Shown in pieces: positions 12,833 to 23,607 of a DNA stretch of 42,622 nucleotides. The stretch lies in the NCBI GenBank assembly GCA_943704415.1, contig CALSCO010001094.1, positions 1 through 42,622 of the forward strand, written 5' to 3'. The notes under the pieces are model-generated. The model saw only the letters and a program-made list of their open reading frames with translations. It had not been told where the DNA came from and made no database searches. A program made the position numbers and the translations under genes. How positions within the stretch are numbered: position 1 is the stretch's first letter; each line of letters starts with the position of its first letter. The DNA is from Parvularia atlantis. Taxonomy: Eukaryota.

Positions 12833-13948
12833 ATGACGCCGGACACTTCCACGCAGATGACCGTCAGCGCCGCGGCCCCGGTCGCGCCCGCGCCCCTCGC
12901 CACGATCGAGAAGGTCGCGACGGTCGCGGCCACGGCGGCCCTCGGGACGACGACGCTGCCGCTGCACTCGGCCTGCGTGCAGGTGCATGCTGCACGATGC
13001 GCGCGTGACAACTCACGGCTGCTGGCCAGGGCAACCTCGAGGCCGTGCGCACGTTCCTCCGCCTCGGCCTGTACGACGTCAACCAGCGCAACCTCGGCGG
13101 CTACTCGCCGCTGCTGTGCGCGGCCGTCTGGGGCAGCCTCGAGACGGTCGCGTGCCTGGTCGAGGCGCGCCGCCGGGCGATCGCGTCGATCGATCAATCG
13201 TGCTGACAGTGTGCGCGCGCAGGAGAGCCACGCCGACGTGCGCCTGCCAAACCACCGCGGCGCGACGCCGCTGCACGCCGCCGCACGTGGCGGGCACGCG
13301 CAGGTCGTCGCGTACCTGCTCGAGCACGGCGCCGCACCCAACGTGCACAGCGCCGACATCTACGGGTCGACGCCGCTGCACGAGGCCGCGTGCTTCGGGC
13401 ACCTTGACATCGTCCGGTGCGCCGTGACCCTTAGGCGTCGATGCCGCTGCTAAGGAAGGAGGCAGGCTGCTGCGCCAGCACGGCGCCGACGTCAACGTGC
13501 GCAAGCGCGACCTGAGCACGCCGCTGCACCTCGCCTGCTCGCTCGCGCGGTCGATCGAGACGGTCGCGTTCCTGCTCGACGGTGCGTGGGCCGCGCTCGT
13601 CACGCGATCGCCGACTCGCCACGCGAACGCGCAGAGGGCGCCGAGCCCAACGTGCGCACGAGCGAGGGCGACACGCCGCTGCACTTTGGCGCGGCCGGCG
13701 GGCACGCCGAGCACGTGCAGATGCTGCTGCTGCATGGCGCGCACCCGGGCATGCGCAACAAGCACGGCGACACCGCGTACGACGTCACCGACGACGAAGC
13801 CGTCCAGACCATCCTCCTCGCCACGCGCTACGACGTGCCGCGCCTTGAGACGCTCTGCTGCGCGGCCGTGCGCGCCTCGCCCGACCTTGTCGACCTCGCG
13901 CGGCGCACGCCCCTTCCCGCGCCCCTGACCGACTGCGTCTTCCGCTGA
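12833..13948 (+). CDS. Ankyrin-repeat protein with a C-terminal SOCS-box-like motif (ASB-like); 4 introns including one GC-AG
   Basis: About six ankyrin repeats (LPLHSAC, SPLLCAA, TPLHAAA, TPLHEAA, TPLHLAC, TPLHFGA), then VPRLETLCCAAVR..PLPAPLTDCV*. Confidence 0.85.
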
Positions 13949-14066
13949 CGAGCGCGCGCCTGCAACCTCTGTCCACTACCTGTACGAGCGTCTCATGTTT
14001 ATCAACGCAGCAGCAAGCAAGCAAGCAAGCCCGAAAAAAAAAAAGATAGCACGCGCGCGCGGCCGG

Positions 14067-16964
14067 TCACACCGCGCTCTTGCCCTTGATCGCGCGCAGC
14101 CGCGCACACTTGGGGCACTTGTCCGGGTCGGCCGGGTTGAAGCAGCGCTTGTGGAAGAGCGAGTGGCAGCGCGGGCACCGCACGGTGTTGGCCAGGTCGA
14201 ACGGGAAGATGATCTCCTGAACGCCGCAGACGTCACAGTAGTAGCCCTTCATGCGGCACGTCTGCCCGCGCCCCGTGTTGAGCCGCGCGCGTTGCGCAAG
14301 CAGCCACGCGCACCTTGCACTTGAAGATGTGCTCGCGGAACGTTTGCCCGAGCCGCCGGAGGTGCGGCAGGAGCGTGCCCGCGTGCAGCTCCTCCAAGTC
14401 CTGCAGCGAGACCATCCCCGTCGAGTGGATCAGGTGCCCGCGCTGCCACGTCAGCTTGACCAGCTTGTCCTGGCAGTCGTTGCACGTGAGGATGTAGTCC
14501 CTCGAGATCGTCAGCTCCTCGCGCGCCGTCTGCATCTGCTTCAAGTCGTCGACAAAGTTGCCCAGCACCGGGTTGAGCTTGAGCAGGTTGATCTGCACCA
14601 CGCCACGCGTCAGCCAATTTGCACCTGCGTCTCCACACTCGCACCATCGGCTTCTCACGCAGCGCCAGCAGCACGTCCTTGCTGCGCCTGCTGATCTTGC
14701 ACCGCTTAAAGTCCCAGTTGTGCATGATGCTGCCCGGAGCGCGCATCCGTGTCAGCACTGCATACAACGGACGAGCGCGCGCGCACCGCGCCGGGATCGG
14801 CAGCCGGTCGTTCACGTGGCAGTCGCTGCAGTAGTAGTACCCGTCGTAGTCGCACACGCGCGCCTCGCCAAAGATGCCCATGCCGATCTGGCGTTGGCAC
14901 GCGCGGCACTTGTAGTTCTGCGCGTCCAGCCCGCGCTCGGGCCGGATGTTCCAGATGAGCGACTGCGCACAATCAGTCACGCACGCGCCGTCGAGCGCCA
15001 AAGGGACGCACCTCGTTCCCGTGCTCGACCATGTCGTAGTCGTCCGACATGGCCGGCTCGGCCTCGGGCTCGGCCGGCTTGAGCCCCGTGATCGTCGTGA
15101 ACATGCTCCCGAGAAACTGCGCCGTGCCCACGGCCGCATCGACCACCAGGCGCGCGCCTGGCATGTCTTCCAGGTTGTTACTTGAAGTCGCGCGCAGACG
15201 GGCAACGGCCGTCTTGGCGTAGTAGTCCTCGAACAGGTCGTCCTCGCGCACGAGCACGCCGGCCGAGCTCCTGCCGGTGCGGAGGCCATTTTAGCCGGTG
15301 CGTGGGCGCAAGCACAGCACAACGCACGCGGCGCGCGGCTTGGTCTCCTGCGGCCCTGTGTCGGTGCTGCTGAAGCTGTCGTTGACGAGCACCGTCGGCG
15401 CCGGCGTCGGCTCCTCCTTGACGTGAGTCCAGTCGCTCGACGTCGGTTCTGTGGGCGGCGTGGCGGGCCGTGCTGGCTCTGCAGGTGGCGTAGTAGGCCA
15501 TGCTGGGTCTGTGGGCGGCGTGGCGGGCCGTGCTGGCTCTGCAGGCTGTGCTGAATCGAAGTGCAGATCGAGCAGCGGCGGCGGGTTTTGCGGCGGCTGC
15601 TCGGGCAGCTGTACAAGCTCGGCCATCGTCGGCAGCTGCGGCGCCAGCTGCTGCTGCGGCGGAGGCGGTGCGACGTCGACCGGCACCGGCGGTGTGGCAC
15701 CAAACGACGATGCAGCGCGTGCGGCCCGCACGGCGACGGGCTCGACATCCAGCACGACGTCGTCCGGTGAGTCGGTGATGGCCACGACGTGCTTTTTCTT
15801 GCGCGTCGCGACTTTTTCTGCAGAGAGCGTCAGCAGCGGCGGCGCGCACGCACTCAGCGAAGCGCACTGGTGGGCGCGGGTGCGGGCTGCGACGCCGTCG
15901 GCGCGATCATCGCCGCGACAGTCGGCGACGGCGCACCAGGCGTCGGCGACGGCGCGCGGGGCGGCTGCCGCGACGTGATCACCGAGATGAGCGCGAGCGG
16001 GGCGAGCGACGCCAGCGGCGGCTTGGCGGCGGACGCGGCGGCTGAAGGCGGCTCAATGCGGCTCGAGTTGGGCGACCACTGTAGCGGGTCCATCGGCACG
16101 GCGGCGAGGGTCGACTCGCTCACGGCGCGCGGCGGCTCATGCTCGGCGATGGCAACGGGCCCGGCAACGGGCGCGTCGAGGTTGTCGACGACGCCAGCGA
16201 CGGCCAGCTCAACCGGCAGCTGGAAGCGCAGCTCCGTGAGCAGGTTGAGCAGCTCGAGGACGATCGGGACGCGCTGCGCGTCGGCCAGCAGCGCCGCGGT
16301 GGCGTAGTGCTCGGCCACGAGGCGCCGGTCGGCCGCCAGCTGCTGCACGTACGCCTCGAGCGAGCCCTCGCACAGCGCGAGCGCGATCCACGCGCGCTCG
16401 CGGTCGAGGGTGGGGCGCTCCGCCGCGAGCTGCTGCAGGTACTCGATGTTCTTCGGGAAGGTCTTGGCGACGACAAACACCCAGAACGACGGTGGGGCGT
16501 ACGCGCCGCCTGCGCCGTCCGCTCTCGATCAGCAGTCACGCGGACGATCAGCACGATCCGGTAACGCACCCTGCCTGAGCAGGCTGTCGAGCTGCAGCCG
16601 GTCCTTGAGCCCGTGGCGGAGCACGGCGTGGATGTGCGCGATCAGCGTCGTCACGGGCCGTGTGTAGCCGGCCAGCGCCTCGACGCCGCCGCTGCCGGTG
16701 CGCCGCGCGCGCGCACGATCAGCAGCCGCACGTCACACGCAGCAGCAGCGCATCCGCCGCACGTCGCCGCCGCCTCGCGCATCCCCTCGATCGCCCACGA
16801 CAGCAGGTCAACCAGCCGCTGCTTCTCGAGCCCGTCGGCCTCGCCCGTGCCGCCCTGCAGCTGCTCGGCGAAGCGGTCTGTGCGCGCCCGGCGCGACGGT
16901 GCTGAGCGGCCCGACACGCAGGCGATCGAGGCGCACTCGTCAGCTTCGCCGCCCAGGTCGACAT
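14067..16964 (-). CDS. RUN domain + Rubicon-homology (zf-RING_9) protein, PLEKHM1/Rubicon/DEF8 family, multi-intron
   Basis: RUN blocks IHAVLRHGLK, FWVFV, RAWIALALCEGSL, HYATAALLAD, LTELRFQL. RH domain GLDAQNYKCRAC..CDYDGYYYCSDCH..IPARIMHNWDF..HIFKC..C..KGYYCDVC..IIFPF..CPRCHSLFHKRC..CPKCAR. Confidence 0.88.
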
Positions 16965-17014
16965 TCGCGACAGATTCGACACAAACCTGAGACCGATCCG
17001 CGACGCCTGACGCG

Positions 17015-17779
17015 CTGGAGAACTACAAGCGCACGGTGCAGGACGCGCCTGCGGGCGCCCCGGGAGGCGGCGCGACGGCAACGGGGCCAGCAGCAGCGGG
17101 GCCAGCAGGATCAGCATCAGCGGCGGCGGCGGCGGCGGCGGCGGCGGAGCGGCCCGACAACGAGATGCTCGCGACCGCCGGTGGCAAGGCGCCCGCCTAC
17201 GCCGCGCGCGCCGTGGCGCTGCTGGAGGAGCGCATGTACGAGCGCGTGGTACTCGTGGGCAAGGGCAAGAACATCAACAAGGCCGTCTCGGCCGTCGAGA
17301 TCGCCAAGCGCCGCCTGCCCGGGCTGTACCAGGACACGCGCATCGCCAACGAGCAGCTCGTCGACCGCTGGGAGCCCGTGGCCGAGAAGCTGGACGCGTG
17401 CGTGCCGCTGCTGCGCCTGCCGCCGCCGCTGCTCGCTGCTCGCTGCTGACGGGCGGGACAAACGCGCAGTGTGCAGGTCGTGCGCCACACGCCCGTCATC
17501 ACGATCACGCTCTCGCTGCAGCCGCTCGACCCGATGTCGCCCGGGTGCGCGGCGACCCCGTGCACCTCGTGCCGCGCGCCTCGCTGCTGACGGACCGGAC
17601 GTGCTGCGATCAGCTACCAGCCGCCGCCGGGCGCCGCTGCATCGGCTGCGACGGCCGCAACGACTGCGCCGCCCGCATCCACCAACGGCACAGCACTCGC
17701 CGAGTGCGCCGCGCAGCCCGGCGGCCCCGGCAGGCCCGCGGGCGTGGCGTCGTCGCGATCAGGCCGGGCGACGCGCTGA
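17015..17779 (+). CDS. RPP25: Alba-domain protein, RPP25/RPP25L-like; apparent CUG start (first in-frame ATG is ~50 codons later)
   Basis: VVLVGKGKNINKAVSAVEIAKRRLPGLYQ..W..VRHTPVITITLSLQPLDPMSPGYQPP is the RPP25/Alba signature. N-terminal (L)ENYKRTVQDAPAG parallels human RPP25 MENFRKVRSEEAPAG. The 3' end is less certain. Confidence 0.8.
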
Positions 17780-17851
17780 TCGCCTGATCTCCAGCCACAC
17801 GCTTGTCATGGCGGCACGGTAGTGTCACTTTTTCGCTGCGTCTCTCAGTCG

Positions 17852-19951
17852 ATGGACGGCACGCCGGCCCCGGTGCAGCGGCCGCCGGCGCACTACCACC
17901 GCGCGGGGCAGGCGCACGCGCCGCATCGGCCCGTGCCGCTGCCGTCCTCGTCGTCATCGCAGCAGCAGCAGCAGCACGCGCAGCAGCAGCACGCGCAGTG
18001 CGCCGACACGTGCCGCTGATGGCAAAGAGCTCAACGCAGCGCGCGCAGCACCCGCGCCGACGAGCTGCGCCCGCCCGTCGCTCCGCAGAGCCTGCCACCG
18101 CACCCGTTCGTCGGCGTGAGCCGCCTTGACAACTACGACTTCACCGACCGGCTCGGCCAGGGCACATATGGCGTCGTGCACCGCGCCATCGACCGGCGCA
18201 CGAAGCAGGTGCGGGGTGCACGCGGTCATTGCGGCGGGCCGACGCCGTGTACGCAGGTCGTCGCGCTCAAGGAGCTCAAGCTGCACGACTTCCAGGACGG
18301 CCTGTCGATGACCGTCATCCGCGAGATCAAGATGCTCAAGCGCCTCCAGGGCGCGGACCAGAGCAAGGGCCTGATGTCGCTGCGCGAGATCGCGTGCACG
18401 CCGCGTGCGTGCTGCGTACCGCGCGAACGGCACGCGCTCACGCCCGCGGCCCCAGTCGGTGACAACATCCACCTCGTCATGGACCTGTATGAGCACGACC
18501 TCAGTCGCATCCTCCCGCTCAAGGAGGGCAACGAGTTCCCGCTCGTGAACGTGCGCCACTACATGCGCCAGCTGCTCGGCGCGCTGCACCTGCTGCACAA
18601 GGTGCGCTGCCGGCGCACGTCGTGATGCAAGCTCACTACGTGCACCGCGCAGAAATTCAAGTACATGCATCGCGACATCAAGAGTGCGCCGCGCCGCCGC
18701 AACCGCACGGCACGACACGACACGGCTCACACACACACACACACACACACACGCGCGCGCGCCAGGCGCCAACATCCTGCTCGACCGCAAGGGCAACCTC
18801 AAGCTGACCGACTTTGGCCTGGCCCGGCCGATCGAGGAGGGCATCGCCAACGACCCCAAGATCCACTACACGCCGAAAGTGTGCACGCTCTGGTGCGTGG
18901 TGCCGACGTGCGCGCTGCGTGTGCGTGCATGTACTCACGGCCCGATCGTGCACCCAGGTACCGCCCGCCCGAGGTCATCCTAGGCGACAACCGCTACAGC
19001 GAGAAGATCGACATCTGGGGCGCGGGGTGCGCTGCCGTTGCTCTCGTTGCAATTCAGCTAACACTGCGTGCGCAGCTGCATCCTGGTCGAGATGCTCGAG
19101 CGCTCGCCGCTGTTCCAGTCGCACCACAATGACGAGCACGACGGGCAGATCCAGCACCTCTTTGACGTCTTCAGCGTCTGCGGCACGCCCGACGAGACCG
19201 ACTGGCCGGGTGCGCACCTCGTGCGCATTGCCGGTGCAGGTTGCGCTCATGGCTTCCCGCGCACGCTACGCAGAAGCCATAAAGCTGCCAAACTACCAGT
19301 CGGCGCGCTTCAAGCCGATGCCGCGCGTGCTGCGCCAGCGCCTGGAGAAATTTGGCGCGCAGGCACACACGGCATGGCTCGGTCGTCGCCGCTGTACGGC
19401 TCACGCGCCATCCCCATGCAGGTCGCTGACCTGGCCGACAAGCTGCTGCAGCTCAACCCGGCCAAGCGCCCCGACGCGAACGAGGCGCTCGACCACACGT
19501 TCTTCTTTGAGAAGATCGTGCCGGACCGCAAGAGCGACTGGTTTGACGAGTTGCGTGCTGCACGAGAGCGCGAGTGCGGCGTACTAAACGCAGGCATGCA
19601 CGCGCGGCGCCAGAGACAAGATGTACTACAACGACCCGAAGATGAACAAGATCAACGCCGTGCCCAATGCGCACCCGCCCGTCATCCGGCCCGAGCCGCC
19701 GTCCATTTTCAACGCGTTCAAGACGCTCGAGCAGACGCGCCAGGGCGTGCCAGCATACCCGTGCGTGCCGCCACTGCACCCAGTGGGAAAGCTGACTGCG
19801 CTGCGCAGTGGCAGGCAGACGCACGCACCGCAGCAGCAGCTCAGCAACGCCGGGCATCTGTACCCGCCGCCACCGCCACCGCCGCTGCCGCTGCCGCAGG
19901 CGACGACGTCGCTGTACCCGTACCCGCCACCACCACCGCCGCCGCAGGGAC

Positions 19952-19997
<46 letters not shown>

Positions 19998-20444
19998 CGG
20001 ACGCGGGCACGGTCATGGGCATGGATATGGGCACGGCGCGCCGCCACCGCCGCCGCCGCCGCCAAGCGCGCCGTCGTCGCAACAGCGCGACGGGCAGGGG
20101 CGCGACCGCCACGGGCCGCAGGGCGCGCCCTCTCGACGCGACTCATACGGTGCGCCTCTCTCTCTCGCCTCCCTGCCGCCCGCGGTCCTGACGGCGGCAC
20201 CAGGCGACGGGCCAAACAAGCGCCCGCGACACGACCAGCAGCCGCAGTCGTCGCTGCCGCTCTACTCGGGCCGCGGCAACCAGCGCGCGCCCGAGTACCC
20301 GCACCCGCCACGCAGTGCGTGCGGCGTGCCGCCGTTGCGCCCTGCTCACGCGCATCGATCGCCGCAGGCTCATCGTCGTCGCATGCACCGCCTCCGCCCC
20401 CACCCCCGCCATCCCAGCCGCCTCCACCGCCTCCTCCGTTGTAA
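17852..20444 (+). CDS. Cyclin-dependent kinase, CDK9/Bur1-like, with Pro/Gln-rich low-complexity termini, multi-intron
   Basis: FVGVSRLDNY..LGQGTYGVV, VALK, DGLSMTVIREIK, HRDIKSANILL, TDFGLAR, YTPKVCTLWYRPPE, IDIWGAGCI, LLQLNPAKR. Confidence 0.88.
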
Positions 20445-20446
20445 CA

Positions 20447-21133
20447 CTATCGCCGCTTCGTGCCTGGTACAGTCACCGTCACCGTGCGCGTGACCTTGCC
20501 GGCCGGTGCTGCGGCGGCCGATGCGCTGCCCGCCGCGCCCGTTTTTGTCCTCGTGACCGCCGCGGCGTGCAGTCTCGGGAAGAGGGGGGCAGGCGCTGGC
20601 CGCTGGACGGGCGATGGTGAGGCACGCGCGGGCCCGCTGACGCCGTTGGGGAGCAGCACGCGCCGCGCTGCCGATCCCAAAGCGCACGTGAGACAACGTT
20701 CAAACGGCGCGTGTCACGCACGGCCTCCCGCCAGCGGTGAGTCGACGGCGCGTCTTGGCGATGACGTTGGGGCGGGCAAGTCGAGCGCCGGCGGCCGCAT
20801 GACGCGCAGCGGCGATCCGAGCACGGCCGGGCTGCTGCTGCTACCGATGCGGCTACCGCTGCCGCTGCCTCCGCTGCCACCGCTGCCACCGCTGCCGCCC
20901 CCGCTCAGCCGCGCGCTGCGCCGCAGCGGCGTGCGACGGCCGCGCTCGTGCCGCGGGTGCGCGCGGTCGAACCACGCGTCGGCGCCGTCGTCTGCTGCCG
21001 CGCCGTCGGCCTCGCGCGCGAGATCGGCCCACATCGGCGCGTCGACCGTGTCCAGCCACGCGCCCGCGCCGTCGGTGGGCGTCGGCGACGCGGCCGCGGC
21101 GAGGGGCGATCGCGAAGCGGGCGAGCGCGACAT
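20447..21133 (-). CDS. Small low-complexity protein with an N-terminal TPX2-like Aurora-binding motif; one probable intron
   Basis: WLDTVDAPMWADL..DDGADAWFDRAHPRHE resembles the TPX2 N-terminal DAP..D..D.WF pattern. Many SP/TP sites. A GT-AG intron near 20668-20721 gives GGPARRVL..GTKRR*. Confidence 0.6.
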
Positions 21134-21253
21134 CCGCTCTGTCTGCGACTCGCGCGTACCCAATATGTCGGCGACTTGCCGCCTAGCTCGGAAACGCAGA
21201 CACAAAATATGCCCGCGACCTAAGCACATGGCTGGGATATTGCAATACAAAAG

Positions 21254-23323
21254 ATGCCGGCGAAGAGAGGCCACGTGGCGATTGACGCGCGGATGCCGTC
21301 GCCTGTGCCGCCCGCGATGCCGTCCGCCGGCAAGAAGCGCGCCGCGAGTGGCAGCAAGAAGAGCAAGCGCGCGTGGCGCAAGGCCGACATCGCCGTGCGC
21401 CGCCGGCCGCGCAAGACGCGTGCGATGGGTGAAGTGACGCCGGCGCGCGCAGGACATCGAGGAGCATCTCGCGGCGCAGCGCAAGGAGGACGCGGCCGGG
21501 TGCGCGCGCACCGTGCATCGCGCCGCATCGTGCCTGACGTGGACCGCACACGGCAGCGGCGCCGTCGCGCACCGCAGCGACGAGCAGTTGTTCTTCAAGG
21601 ACACAGCGATCGCGCCCCTATCGCGTCGCGGTGCCGTCGCGTCGGCGTCTCGGCCGTGTTTCGAGCTGCGTGCTGATCGAGCGTCACGTGCGATCGCGCA
21701 GGGCAGCAGCGCCGCCTCACGCGCGTCGACGAGATCCTGCGCGGCACGGCGCGCGTCCTCGCCCCGCCCAGGAGCCAAGCCACGACAAAGCTGCGGTCCA
21801 AGGCCGGTGCGTGCGGCAGCGGCGGTCGCGACGGGCGCTCGACGTGACGCATGACATGCGCAGAGGCCGCGCTGATCGCCAAGAAGACGCGCGTCGTGCT
21901 CAAGGCGAAGGACGTGCCGCGGACGGCCGCCGCCGACGTCGCCAGCAGCGGGTCGTACGATCTGTGGGGCGCCGCGACGCCGCCGCAGGCCACGCCCGTG
22001 CCGCCCGTGCGCGTCCCGGCCGATGCGGACCCGGTGTACCTCGCGCCCGTCGTCAAGAAGCCCGTGCGGGTGCGCGCCACTTCCTTGTCCACGCGCGCAC
22101 ACGGCTCATACGAAACGCAGCGCCCGGCCACCGTCGACCAGAAGCCCCTGATGTCGCTAATCGTGCCGTCCGTCGAGCCCGACGCCGAGGGTGCGCTGCT
22201 GATCGCTGCTGTCGTCGTGTGTGCTCATCGCGTGGGGGTGGCGCAGGGGCGTCGTACAACCCGCCCGTCGAGGCGCACCAGGCGCTGCTGCTCAAAGTGC
22301 GCGTGCCGCAGGTTGCTCTGCTGTGCTCACAAACGCACACAGGCGGTCGACGAGGAGAAGCGGCGCCGCGCCCGCGAGGCGCGCCACGGCAAGGCGCTCA
22401 ACATCGAGCAGCACGAGCGCACGCAGGTCTGCGCCCCTTCACGGCTTACGTTTGCCGCTCACCACGCGCGCACAGACCGCCGAGCAGCGCCGCATCTACG
22501 CGTCGATCGTGGACGATATCGCGCGCGCGCTCGAGCCGCCCACGGCCGAGGAGCTCGCCGAGATGGAGGCGCCCGCGTCCGGCACAGCCGAAGTCGCGCA
22601 CACCAAGCCGCAGGCCGAGCGCAAGACCAAGGCGCAGCGGGCCAAGGAGCAGCGCGAGCGTGAGAAGGCATGCGGGCGCGAGCGTGTGCTCACTGTGCGG
22701 TACTGACGGCGTGGTGCAGGAGCGTGCGCTCAAGGAGCAGCGCGAGCAGCGGCGGCGCGAGCAAGAGCTGAACCGGTACGCAAACCCCCCTCCTTGTGTG
22801 TGCGTCGCTCAGTGCCCACTGACCGTGCCGCGCACAGCATCCGCAAGCTCAAGGGTGAGGTTGAGGCGGAGGCGGCGGCGCGGGGCGAGCGGGCGGCGGC
22901 GCAGTTCGCGGCCAAGCCGAAGCTGCCGCGCCTGAGCAAACAACGGTGCGGGAGGTCGCCGCTCGCGTTGCCGGCCGTACTGACACCCGCGGGCAAAGCT
23001 TTGTTGAGCCGCCTGTGGCCGTCAAGACAACGGACGAGCTGCCCGGGGCGCTGCGGCAACTCAAGGTGCGGCTGGTGCGGCTTCTTTCCGCGCTTGCGCC
23101 TGACACGGCCGCGCGCAGACCGAGAGCAACCTGCTTAAGGAGCGCTACGTGAGCCTGCAGCGGCGCGCGATCATCGAGCCGCGTGTGCGCGCTGGGTGCG
23201 CCCCGTTCGTCCACTTGTATGATGGCCCGGGCGCTTACGGCTGATGCGCACGCGAAACACAGCAAAGGCAAGGCCGTGCAGGTCAAGGCGTTCACCAAGC
23301 GTCGCGCCGTCGTCGACCTGTAA
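21254..23323 (+). CDS. NOP53: Ribosome biogenesis factor NOP53 (GLTSCR2), multi-intron; exact start ATG uncertain (21254/21293/21317)
   Basis: SKKSKRAWRK, EQLFFKDT (Mtr4 arch-interacting LFxxD motif), YDLW, GASYNP..HQALL, ERKTKAQR, DELPGALRQLK..NLLKERYVSLQRRAIIEPR. Confidence 0.9.
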
Positions 23324-23607
23324 ACGTGCCCGTCTGCAGCCAGAGCGTGCCATGTACAGCTGCCGGTGCGGCACAGAAGGGATGGGAGGGCCATGGGGGG
23401 GGAGGGGTAGAAAACGTTAGGGGCGCGAAGGGGGCGGGAGGATCGTACAGCACGTCCGCTGCGCTGTGGGTGGCAGGCGCGGATCGAGACCAGTGAGGAA
23501 AAACAGAGGATGAGGGCCGGGCGGGACGGAACGAGGGGCGGGGGAGTGCATGCAACGTGTTTTGGAGGTGCGCAGCGGGCGCCCACAGGGCGCGGCGCCG
23601 CGGCCCG

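Noticed and set aside
15444..15546. 60-nt-period direct repeat (TCTGTGGGCGGCGTGGCGGGCCGTGCTGGCTCTGCAGG twice)
   Set aside because: Coding duplication of PAEPARPATPPT in a disordered linker, not a mobile element or CRISPR.
9792..16964. Apparent endolysosomal cluster (TM2, LAMTOR1, MARVEL, RUN-RH)
   Set aside because: Broad functional categories co-occur by chance in gene-dense eukaryotic DNA; no shared regulatory evidence. The same applies to the scattered ribosome-biogenesis and mitotic genes.
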